Origin: Chiloscyllium plagiosum
Lineage: Eukaryota
Assembly (NCBI RefSeq): GCF_004010195.1
Contig: NC_057750.1
Location: forward strand, 8,461,294-8,525,293
Length of the DNA stretch: 64,000 bases
Direction of reading: 5' to 3'
A model generated the notes under the pieces. That model was given only the letters and a program-made list of their open reading frames with translations. It was not told where the DNA came from and ran no database searches. A program made the translations under genes and the position numbers. Positions 1-10,721 of the stretch are shown here, one piece after another. How positions within the stretch are numbered: position 1 is the first letter of the stretch; the number at the start of each line of letters is the position of its first letter.

Positions 1-821
1 TGTTCTTAATTACCCAGCAGGCAATTGATTCTCAATCACATTGCAGGGTCTGGAGTCACATGTGGGCCAGATGAGGTAAGGGTGGCAGCTTTGCTTCCCA
101 AAGGTAAGAGTCAGTCATGTTCTTGGGACATTAGGAGTGGGTGGAGATCAATTGAGGCAGAAATGAGCATGATTCTATTTAATGGTCCAGAAAGTCTGAG
201 GGGACCGAATGGTCTTAAGGACATTAGTGAACCAGATGGCTTTTAGTGACAATAAGCAGTAGTCACACTGTTGCCATTAAGTTTCTTTTTTATTAATGTC
301 AGAATCTTTAATTGAACTCAACTTTCACAACTTATCCAAAACATTAACCTGGTGCACTGGATCCAGCAACATTATCACAACACCACCACCACAACCACAT
401 CCCATCCAGATTCACAGGAAACAATTTCTCAGCATTTCCCTTGTCCACAACTCCTTCAGATTGTTGTATGTTTAAATGCGGTCATCTCATTCTTCTAAAC
501 AGAGAATATCAACGTTCCATACTCAGTGTCTCATCATAGGACCACCCTCTCATCCCAGGGTGAAGCTTCACTGTACCTCTTCTGATACAATACTGAAATA
601 TGAAACCGTGTGCTCGTATTCCAGTTTAAACAAAGTTCAGTACAGTTGTGGCAAAGGCTTCATCTTTCTGGTACTCCTTGAATGGCCAACACAGCATTTG
701 CTTTCCTAATTGTTGGCTGTATGCGCATGGTAACACTGTGTGCCTTATATGAGAACACCCAATTATCTCTGAGCATCAATATTTACAAGTTTCACGCCTT
801 TTTAAAAACTAAAATAAGTGA

Positions 822-988
822 TAGTTTTTGGAGCGCTGCTCCTTCATCAGGTGGTTGAAGGAGCCACCTGATGAAGGAGCAGTGCTCCGAAAGCTAGTGC
901 TTCCACTTAAACCTGTTAGACTATAACCTGGTGTTGTGTGATCTTTAACTTTGTACACCCCAGTCCAACACTGGCATCTCCAAATCAT
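822..988 (+). mobile_element. Penelope-like terminal-repeat fragment with short 5' inverted segment; two hammerhead motifs back to back
   Basis: 822-853 is the reverse complement of 865-896. The same family occurs at 4830-4945. Confidence 0.7.
865..899 (+). ncRNA. Minimal type I hammerhead ribozyme motif (PLE type)
   Basis: CAC-CTGATGA-A-GGAGC-AGT-GCTCC-GAAA-GC-TA-GTG: stem I CAC/GTG, core CUGAUGA, stem II, GAAA, palindromic AGCT stem III, UH site. Confidence 0.75.
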
Positions 989-1412
989 AAAATAAATGAG
1001 TCTGAGAATCCGAGACTACTTGTAGCAGCCTAACAGTTGAAGTTGGTCAGTTGAGCACAGGCGAAAGATCTCATGGAATTTCCAATCATTTACATCTACA
1101 TTTGGGCACCAACTAATTAATTGTAGAAATGATGTGCCTGGTTATGGTTTTGACCCACCCAAAGCCAAAAACTATCTTGACCAAGTAACTTGCTCACTGT
1201 AGTAGTCATTTCTATCAGGTAGCTAATTATAAAACATATATTCATGTGCAATAAGCAAGAGAAAACCATTGATTGTGTCAAATCCAACCTCATTTTCTTC
1301 TCTTGCCTATCTTTTTAGGAAGTCAAGGTCATCTCAAGAAGCCAGCCAATCAGAAACTGTGTAGGGATGCTGTAAAGCCAGGTGAATCTGGGAAGGTGGC
1401 TGAATGTTAAAG

Positions 1413-1504
1413 ATGGCAACTCAATACAACAATGAACTGAAATGTGTTAGCGTAGAGTGGGACTTCCTTCAAGGACTGCTCGTAAAGAACCAACCAGTCC
1501 CTTG
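1413..1504 (+). CDS. npas1: First coding exon of NPAS1-like bHLH-PAS gene (MATQYNNELKCVSVEWDFLQGLLVKNQPVP-C)
   Basis: ATG in good Kozak context (aagATGG), with an alternative in-frame ATG at 1404 and an in-frame TGA at 1401. The peptide resembles the mammalian NPAS1 N-terminus as I recall it (MAxPY...EVKC...WDFLPGLMVKAPxGPC-LQA). It ends at donor TG|gtaaga (phase 2), which joins the phase-2 exon at 19742 to give TGT-TTG-CAA (C-L-Q). A polypyrimidine tract and AG acceptor at 1317-1318 suggest the exon spans 1319-1504. Confidence 0.88.
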
Positions 1505-1539
1505 GTAAGACTCGCGTGGCTTCATGTTATCCATGGTGG

Positions 1540-1930
1540 GGTGACAGTGGTATAGTGGTAATGTCACTAGACTAGTAAACCAGAGGCCTGGACCAATGAT
1601 AGTGTTCAAATCTTGCTGGGTTACCTGGTAGAATCTCCATTTATTTAATTCAAGTAAAATTATCTGATTAATTAAATTAATTAAAAATCTAGAATTGGAA
1701 GTCCAATCTCAGTGATGACTGTGAAACTATCCCCCTTATTATTTACACTCATCTGGTTCACTAATGCCCCTTTAGGAAAGGAAATCTTCTTTTCTTACCC
1801 CAACTGGTCTATGTGAGCCTCCAGATACACAGCAAAATGGCTGATTCTTAACAGCTCTTGAGGGCAATTAGAGATTGTCAATAAAGGCTGGCTTTGCCAG
1901 TGATATCCACATCTCATGAAGACTTTTTTA
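1540..1930 (+). mobile_element. Old tRNA-headed SINE (family with GGAAGGAAATCTGC...GGGCAATTAGGGATGGGCAA tail)
   Basis: A-box/B-box-like head (gtggtatagtggta...gttcaaatc). Related decayed copies lie near 11440-11770, 18465-18790, 22700-22930, 41670-42010 and 61670-61870. Confidence 0.6.
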
Positions 1931-2983
1931 AAAAGAAATGTCTCTTGCTGAGTTACATTTCTGGGATTGAGGGAGGGACATTTGTGGTGGACTTTCTTTT
2001 TCTGTCCTATAGAATGAAGCCAATGCATTGAGATCCATCACCTGTGACAATTTCTTTCAGTAGATTAAGCTACAACTCCCCAAGTCAAGGGCATTCTGGT
2101 TATAGCCCCTTGCAACAGAAACTGTGTTCTGTAGGGTCAAAAATGAAATGGATGTAGGGGCCTTTCATACTGTAAACTGCTGAATCCTTGAAGTGTAAGA
2201 GTTAGTATTTATTCTCGTGGTTGATCCTGCCTCACCTCATCTGCCCCTAAACCCTAGTTTGTACACTTGTCACCTCCAAAATCAGCTATCCAATGCTCTC
2301 TGTCATTCCTACTCTCTCCTTATACTTGAGCTTAAGCCATCTGTGATAAAATCCAGTATTCCTTCCTCACTGACTACATTGTCTCCTGGTATGGCAATGC
2401 CCAATTTTTAAAAAAGTTCCCAATTTACTTTTCAAATTTCTCCATGGTCCTCCGTGTCTCTAACATTCCTTTGAGATCTCTTTGCTCCTCCAATTCTGGT
2501 GTCTTGATGTTCACCATTACATCACTGGTGGCCATGCCTTTACCTACCTGGGTCCAGGCTCTAGACATCCCTCCCTAAACCTCTCTCCTTCTCAACTTTT
2601 CACACTTCCTATTAAGGCATTCCTTAAACCTTACTTTTTAACTAATTTGTTGATAACTTAAATCAATATAGCTTTATCAGGCTCAATTAGGTGCTATATG
2701 AATTCAAGTTGCTATTCCACCAGTGATTATTGGACTGACAATCAGCAGATATGTTTAACCATATCATATCTAGCTATTACAAGACTTTAATCTGCCAAGG
2801 CAGTTGCAGATGTAGGTGTAGGGACCTGTGATAAAAACACATTCTCTGTCAACTCTCACAGAGGGTCACAAGGGTCGCTGAGGAGGAGGTCTGTAGTTTT
2901 ACTGGCTCAAGGAGATGGCAGACTGACAGCAAGAACCATACTTTGTAACACGGACTGTTGGCAATATCTTGTCGTGCCTCCAT

Positions 2984-3635
2984 GAGTGTGTCAGTATTTA
3001 CAGGGAGTTGCCCAACATTGGTTATTTTGGGGGACAGTGGGGAGAGTTGTGTCAATATTTACATGGGTCCTCTGAGGGGATGTGTCAGTATTTACAGGGA
3101 GTCTGAGAGAGTGTGTCATTATTTGTAGGGTTTCCCTTGGGGGAGTGTGTTGGTATTTACAGGGGGTCCTGGGGAAGAATGTATCAGTATTTATTGGAAG
3201 TCTCCGGGGCAAGTATGTCCTTTACAGGTTGTCTCTGGAGGGTTGGGGGTGGGGCGTATGTCAGTATTTACAAGGGGCCCCTTGGGGGAGTGTGCCAGTA
3301 TTTATAAGGGGTCCTGGGGAAGAGTGTGTCAGTACTTACAGGAAGGAGTGTGTCAGTATTTGCAGAGGCTCCATTGGGGGAATGTGTCAGTGTTTACAGG
3401 AAATCCCTGGGGGAGGATCTTAGTATTTACAGAGTGTCCCCAGGGCGTGCATCTGTATTTACAGGGAGTACCCAGGAGTGTGATAGTGTTTGCAGGGAAT
3501 TTGGTGAGTCCATCTGTATTTACAAGAGGTCCCAAAGAACATGTAATTATTTATAGGGTACTTGACAGCTGTGGGAATGCATGAGTATTTTCAGGGAGTG
3601 CGACTGTCATTTCAGGCTGCCTGTGGATGTGTCAG
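2984..3635. repeat. Degenerate minisatellite, unit about 33-38 bp (GTGTGTCAGTATTTACAGGGGGTCCCTGGGGA-like)
   Basis: Recurrent TCAGTATTTACAGG core, roughly 15 or more times. The intervening sequences are variants of one G-rich motif. Confidence 0.85.
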
Positions 3636-3706
3636 CAGTTTAGCAGGAGGGATGGTGGGTTACTGACAATGTGACATCCGCACCGTCTTACTGGTGCAGC
3701 AGTTAC

Positions 3707-4212
3707 AGAGCCATAGAGAGAGAGATACAGCCTGGAAACAGACCCTTCAGCCCAACTTGTCCATGCTGACCAAATATTCTAAATAAATCTAGTCCCATTT
3801 GTCAGCATTTGGCCCATATCCCTCTAAACCCTTCCTATTCACATACCTACTCAGACGGCTTTTAAATGTTGTGATTGTACCACCCTCCACCACTTCCTTT
3901 GGTAGCTCATTCCATACATGCACCACCCTCTGCATGAAAAGGTTGCTCCTGAGGTCCCTTTTAAATCTTTCCCCTCTCACCTTAAACCTATGCCCTCTAG
4001 TTTTGGACTCCTCCACCCTGGGAAAAATACCTTGTCTATTTACCCTATCAGTGCCCCTCATGATGGTCACCCCTCAGCCTCCGACACTCCAGGGAAAGCA
4101 CCCCCAGTCTATTCAGCATCTCCCTATAGCTCAAATCCTCCAACAATGGCAATATCTTTTCTGAACCCTTTCAAGTTTCATAACATCATTCCCATAGCAA
4201 GGAGACCAAAAG
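3707..4212 (-). mobile_element. CR1/HER1 LINE 3' fragment
   Basis: ORF2 C-terminal peptide TRGHRFKVRGERFKRDLR...RVVHVWNELP and the 3' tail (CTCTATG). Confidence 0.9.
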
Positions 4213-4334
4213 ATTAAAATGCCAGCAGCTGTCTGAAATGTGGACAGCCATCTATTTCTGCGCCAACAAACATTGGCCATGGAATGTTGCTAGTCTGTTT
4301 GACCCCTTTCCACACTTAGCAATGCATTCACCCA

Positions 4335-4460
4335 CTGAGACACACGTATGTAAAGACATACACATATATATGCACACACAAACACATGCACATAAGATAT
4401 ACTTTACAGACACAAACATAAACACCTGCACATGTAGACACACACATGCAGACACATATT
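4335..4460. repeat. Degenerate (CA)n-rich simple repeat
   Basis: Visible ACAC/ACAT runs. Confidence 0.8.
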
Positions 4461-4829
4461 ATTAAGAGTGGGTGTCACAGGGGAGAAGATAACTGTAGGG
4501 TGATACCAGGATTTTCAATCAGACTGGAATTGCAGTTCAATGCAAGCAAAGTTGCATGGAGTGAACACTGCAAGGATATTGATCTCTGTTCAGTTAATAG
4601 GAATGTTCACTCAAATCCTTAAGCTCCTGACATCAAAATGTGTAAGATTTGAAAGTTGTTGTATGTCAAGTAACTTCTGCAGTGTAATTGTCTTTACATT
4701 TTGAGCGTCAACAATATATAATTTTGTATGAAGATAGGTTTGGTACTGCATCGTCATCTAAAGTATAAAGAGGAAGTGGTGGGAATACCGCTCAGTCTAT
4801 TGAAGAATGAGGGCAAGTATAAATATTTA

Positions 4830-4945
4830 TCACACAACACCAGATTATAGTCCAACAGATTTAATTGGAAGCTTTCGGAGCGCTGCTCCTTCATCAGGTG
4901 GTTGTTTTAACTTTGTACACCCCAGTCCAACTGGCATCTCCAAAT
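4830..4945. mobile_element. Penelope-like terminal fragment (inverted plus direct parts) with minus-strand hammerhead core at 4871-4900
   Basis: Matches 865-988 in both orientations. The reverse complement reads CACCTGATGAAGGAGCAGCGCTCCGAAAGC. Confidence 0.7.
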
Positions 4946-4984
4946 TGTGAATATTTATGGAGTTTAACAAATCATCAGCACCAA

Positions 4985-5410
4985 GCTGCTGTAAACTTTG
5001 CTGTTCTCACTCCCTCCTGTCCAGCACTGCAACTTCCATTCCATCTCGGCTTGTCCAAACCTCTGCTGCTCCATGTCTCAACCTGCACCAAATCCATTTG
5101 ATCCATCAGCTTTTCTACCCACATTTTGCAGATTGGCAATGCCTCCATTTTACATTTCTTACCCTTGTTTTTTAATCCCTTCATCATCTCAACCCTCCAT
5201 ATTTCCGTGATCTCCTCCAGCCCTAACACCTTCTGGGATCTCTGTGTTCCCTTATCTCTTGCCTCTTGCATACCCTTATCTTAATCGCTGTGCCTTCAGC
5301 TGCCTGGGTGATAAGTTCTGGAATTCCCTCACTAAACATCTCTGCCTCTCTCTCCTCTTTTAAGACATTCCTGAAAACTTACCTCTGACTGAGCTCTTGG
5401 TCACCAATCT
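4985..5410 (+). mobile_element. Old L2-like LINE 3' end; apparently resumes at about 10722-10790
   Basis: Motif GCCTTCAGCTGCCTGGG...CTGGAATTCCCTC...TTGGTCACC is shared with copies near 2215-2715, 20700-20900, 55360-55530 and 60770-61200 (+), and 21490-21860 and 32100-32490 (-). Confidence 0.55.
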
Positions 5411-5413
5411 TAC

Positions 5414-7199
5414 TTTCCCACGCACAAAGCCATGTTGACTATCCCTAATCAGTCCTTGCCTTTCCAAATACATGTACGTCCTGTCCCTCAGGATTCCCTC
5501 CAACAACTGGTCCACCACTGAGGTCAGGCTCACTGGTCTATAGTTCCCTGGCTTGTCCTTACCACCCTTCTTAAACAGTGGCACCACGTTTACCAACCTC
5601 CAGTCTCCCGGCACCTCACCTGTGACTATTGATGATACAAGTATCTCAGTAAGAGGCCCAGCAATCAGTTCTCTAGATTCCCACAGCATTCTAGGATACA
5701 ACTGATTAGGTCCTGGGGATTTATCCACCTTTACCCGTTTCAAGACATTCAGCACTTCTCTGTAATATGGACATTTTGTAAGATGTCACCATCTATTTCC
5801 CTACATCCTATATCTTTCATATCCTTTTCCACAGTAAATGCTGATGCAAAATACTCCTTTAATGTCTTCCCCCATTTTCTGCAACTCCACACAAAGGCTG
5901 CCTTGCTGATCTTTGAGGGGTCATATTCTCTCCCTAGTTACCCTTTTGTCCTTAATGTATTCTCCTTAATTCTATATGCCAAAGCTATCTCATGTCCCCT
6001 TTTTGCCCACTTGATTTCCCTCTTAAGTATACTCCTACTTCCTTTATATTCTTCTAAGGATTCACTCGATCTATCCTGTCTATACCTAACATATGCTTCC
6101 TTCTTTTTCTTAACCAAACCCTCAATTTCTTTAGTCATCCAGCATTCCCTATACCTACCAGCCTTTCCTTTCACCCTACCAGGAATATATTTTCTCTGGA
6201 CTCTCGTTATCTCATTTCTGAAGACTTCTCATTTTCCAGCAGTCCCTTTATCTGCGAAAATCTGCCCCCTAACACAGTCAAAATTGGCCTTTCTGCAATT
6301 TAGAACTTCAACTTTTAGATCTGGTCTATCCTTTTCCATCATTATTTTAAATCTAATAGAATGATGGCCGCTGGCCCCAAAGTGCTCCCCCACTGACACC
6401 TCAGTCACCTGCCCTGCCTTATTTCCCAAGAGTAGGTCAAGTTTTGCACCTTCTCTAGTAAGTACATCCACATACTGAATCAGAAAATTGTCTTGTACAC
6501 ACTTAACAAATTCCTCTCCATCTAAACCCTTAACACTCTGGCAGTCCCAGTCTATGTTTGGAAAATTAAAATTCCCTACCATAACCACCCTATTATTCTT
6601 ACAGATAGCTGAGATCTCCTTACAAATTTGTTTCTCAATTTCCCGCTGACTATTAGGGAATTCCAATAAGGTGATCATCCCTTTCTTATTTCTCAGTTAC
6701 ACCCAAATAACTTCCCTGGATGTATTTCCAGGAATATCGTCCACACCGACCCGCCGAAGCGTAACCCACCCCTACCCCTACCCCTACCCCTACATTTACC
6801 CCTTACCTAACACTACGGACAATTTAGCATGGCCAATTCACCTGACCTGCACATCTTTGGACTGTGGGAGGAAACCGGAGCACCCGGAGGAAACCCACGC
6901 AGACACGGGGAGAACGTGCAAACTCCACACAGTCAGTCGCCTGAGGCGGGAATTGAACCCGGGTCTCTGGCGCTGCGAGGCAGCAGTGCTAACCACTGTG
7001 CCACCGTGCTGCCCAAATTTGTTTGATTCGCTTCTGTTCTCAACTGTACCAGTCTCAGATTGATTTCCTTCCTCACTATCTCCCTGGGTCCCACCCCCTG
7101 ACCTTACTAGTTTAAATCCTCCTGAGCAGCTGTAGTAAATTTCCCTGACAGTATATTAGTCCCCTTCCAATTTAGGTGCAATCCATCCATCTTGTACAG
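5414..7199 (-). mobile_element. CR1/HER1 LINE internal segment (end of ORF1, APE, start of RT), inverted relative to the adjoining 3' segment
   Basis: GNFNFPNIDW, LDLLL, KSPGP, GNYRPVSLTSVV and QHGFVRGK motifs, with frameshifts. Confidence 0.92.
6738..7014 (-). mobile_element. HE1-type V-SINE, 3' tail lost
   Basis: tRNA-like head (GGTGGCACAGTGGTTAGC...GGTTCAATTCCC) and V-domain GTGTGGAGTTTGCACGTTCTCCCCG on the minus strand. Confidence 0.9.
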
Positions 7200-10100
7200 T
7201 GGAACTTGAAAGGGTTCAGAAAAGTTTCACAAGAATGTTGCCAGGGTTGGAGGAATTGAGCTATAAGGAGAGGCTGAACAGGCTTGGGACTGTTTTTCCT
7301 GGAGCGTCGGAGGCTGAGGGGTGACCTTATAGAGGGTTACAAAATTATAAGGGGCATGGATAGGACAAATAGGCAAACTCTTTTCCCTGGGGTCAGGGAG
7401 TCCAGACTGGAGGGCATAGGTTTAGGGTGAGAGGGGAAAGATATTAGCGACAGGGAGTATGGAGTTAAATAGAAAGATAAGCAGGAGGTTAGCATGTATG
7501 CAGGTGGATTTAACCTTGAGGCAGATTAGGAATGCAACAAAAAGGAAGGATAACTTAGGACATCTTATGACTTCCAATATCTCTAATGATAAGAATGTTA
7601 GCATTAAGGCACATTACCTGAATGCTTGGAGCATTCGTAACAAAGTAGATGAACTAACGGCACAGATTATCGTGAATAATTATGATGTGGTAGGCATCAC
7701 AGAGACATGGTTGCAGGAGGTTCAGGACTGGCAGTTAAACATCCAAGGATTTACAACTTATCGAAAAGACAGGGAGGTGGGCAGAGAGGGCAGGGTGGCC
7801 TTGTTAGTTAAGAACAAAATTAAATCTATGGCACTGAATGACATAGGCTCGGATGATGTGGAGTCTGTGTGGGTGGAATTGAGGAACCACAAAGGCAAGA
7901 AAACCATAATGGGAGTTATGTACAGACCTCCTAACAGTGGTCAGGACCAGAGGCGCAACATGTACCAAGAAATAGAAAAGGCATGTCAGAAAGGCAAGGT
8001 CACGGTGATCATAGGGGACTTCAATATGCAGGTGGACTGGGTGAATAATGTTGCCAGTGGATCCAAAGAAAGGGAATTCTTGGAATGCTTACAGGATGGC
8101 TTTTTGGAACAGCTTGTCATGGAGCCCACAAGGGAGCAGGCTATTTTGGACCTAGTGCTATGTAATGAACTAGACTTTATAAAAGATTTTAAAGTAAGGG
8201 GACACTTAGGAAGTAGCAATCATAATATGGTAGAGTTCAGTCTGCAGTTTGAAAGAGAGAAGGCAAAATCGGATGTAATGGTGTTACAGTTAAACAAAGG
8301 TAATTATGAGGGCATGAGAGAGGAACTGACGAAAATCGACTGGAAGCAGAGCCTAGCAGGGGAGACAGTAGAGCAAAAATGGCAGGAGTTTGTGGGTATA
8401 ATTGAGGACACAGTACAGAGGTTCATCCCCAAGAAAAGAAAGATTATCCAGGGAGGGTTTAGATAGCCATGGCTGACAAAGGAAGTCAGGAAATGTATCA
8501 AAGAAAAAGAGAGATCCTATGAAGTGGCCAAGAGCACTGGGAAATCAGAAGATTGGGAAGGCTACAAAAACAAACAGAGAATAACAAAGAGAGAAATAAG
8601 GAAGGAGAGGATCAAATATGAAGGTAGGCTAGCCAGTAATATTAGAAATGATAGTAAAAGTCTCTTTCAATACATAAGAAACAAAAGACAGGCAAAAGTA
8701 AACATTGGGCCACTTCAAACTGATGCTGGAAGCCTACTGATGGGAGATAAGGAAATAGCAGGAGAACTTAATAAGTACTTTGCGTCAGTCTTCACAGTGG
8801 AAGACATGAGTAATATCCCAACAAAGGGAGTCAGGGGGCTGAGTTGAGTATGGTTGCCATTACAAAAGAGATAGTGCTAGAAAAGCTAAAAGGTCTTAAA
8901 ATTGATAAATCTCCTGGCCCCGATGTTCTCGAGTTCTGAGGGAGGTGGCTGAGGAAATAGCGGAGGCGTTGGTTGAGATCTTTCAAAAGTCACTGGAGTC
9001 AGGGAAAGTCCTGAATGATTGGAAGACCGCTGTTGTAACCCCATTGTTCAAGAAAGGATCAAGACAAAAGATGGAAAATTATAAGCCAATTAGCCTAACC
9101 TCGGTTGTTGGTAAAATTCTAGAATCCATCGTTAAGGATGAGATTTCTAAATTCTTGGAAGAGCAGGGTTGGCATAGAACAAATCAACATGGATTTACTA
9201 AGGGGAGGTCATGCCTGACAAACCTGTTAGAATTCTTTGAAGAGGTGACAAGTAGGTTAGACCAGGGAAACCCAATGGATGTGGTCTATCTAGACTTCCA
9301 AAAGGCCTTTGATAAGGTGCCACACAGGAGGCTGCTGAGTAAGGTGAGGGCCCATGGTGTTCGAGGTGAGCTACTGGCATGGATTGAGGATTGGCTGTCT
9401 GACAGAAGGCAGAGAGTTGGGATAAGAGGTTCTTTTTTGGAATGGCAGCCGGTGACAAGCGGTCTCCCAAGGGTTCAGTGTTGGGGCCGCAGCTGTTCAC
9501 ATTATATATTAATGATCTGGATGAAGGAACTGGGGGCATTGTAGCGAAGTTTGCCTATGATACGAAGATAGGTGACGGGCAGGTAGTACTGAGGAAGTGG
9601 GGAGGCTGCAGAAGGATCTAGACAGTTTGGGAGAATGGTCCAGCAAATGGCTGATGGAATTCAATGTGAGCAAATGTGAGGTCTTACACTTTGGAATAAA
9701 GAATACAAGCATGGACTACTTTCTAAATGGTGAGAAAATTCATAAAGCCAAAGTACAAAGGGATCTGGGAGTGCTAGTCGAGGATTCTCTAAAGGTAAAC
9801 ATGCAGTTGGAATCCGTGATTAAGAAAGCGAATGCAATGTTGTCATTTATCTCAAGAGGGTTGGAATATAAAAGCAGCGATGTGCTACTGAGACTTTATA
9901 AAGCTCTGGTTAGGCCCCATTTGGAGTACTGTGTCCAGTTTTGGGTCCCACACCTCAGGAGGGACATACTGGCACTGGAGCGTGTCCAGTGGAGATTCAC
10001 ACGGATGATCCCTGGAATGGTAGGTCTAACATACGAGGAACGCCTGAGGATCCTGGGATTGTAAGCATTGGAGTTTAGAAGGTTAAGGGGAGATCTAATA

Positions 10101-10721
10101 GAAACTTGCAAGATAATACATGGCTTGGAAAGGGTGTACGCTAAGAAATTGTTTCCGTTAGGCAGGGAGACTAGGACCCGTGGGCACAGCCTTAAAATTA
10201 GAGGGGGGTCAATTCAGAACAGAAATGCGGAGACATTTCTTCAGCTAGAGAGTGGTGGGCCTGTGGAATTCATTGCTGCGGAGTGCGGTGGAGGCCGGGA
10301 CGCTAAATGTCTTCAAGGCAGAGATTGATAAATTCTTGATGTCACAAGTAATTAAGGGCTATGGGGAGAATGCGGGTCAGTGGAGTTGAAATGCCCATCA
10401 GCCATGATTAAATGGCGGAGTGGACTTGATGAGCCGAATGGCCTTACTTCCACTCCTATGTCTTATATAAAAGGGACCTAAGGGGCAACGTTTTCACACA
10501 GAGGGTGGTATGAGGATGGAATGAGCTGCCAGAGGAAGTGGTGGAGGCTGGTGCAATTGCAACATTTAAGAGGCATTTGGATGGGTATATGAAAAGGAAG
10601 GGTTTGGAGGGATATGGGCCGGGTACTGGCTGGTGGGACTAGATTGGGTTGGGATATCTGGTCGGCATGGATGGGTTGGACTGAAGGGTCTGTTTCCATG
10701 CTGTACATCTCTATGACTCTA
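7200..10721 (+). mobile_element. CR1/HER1 3' segment split into 7200-7444 and 10465-10721 by a nested CR1
   Basis: ...GAGAGGGGAAAGATAT | ATATAAAAGGGACCTAAGG rejoins to the consensus seen in other copies. It ends in CTCTATGACTCTA. Confidence 0.88.
7445..10464 (+). mobile_element. Second CR1 family, 5'-truncated, near-complete decayed ORF2 (APE + RT)
   Basis: YLNAWSI, GITETWL, YRPP, IGDFN, YKPISLTSVV, YLDFQKAFDKVPH and LVRPHLEYCVQFW motifs, with stops and frameshifts. ATAT is present on both sides. Confidence 0.93.

Noticed and set aside
2984..3635. CRISPR-like periodicity and several overlapping ORFs
   Set aside because: The spacers are variants of one another, there are no cas genes and the context is eukaryotic. 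The ORFs are by-products of a minisatellite.
7459..8466. 335-aa ORF as a host endonuclease gene
   Set aside because: It is the APE domain of a CR1 ORF2, with downstream stops and frameshifts.
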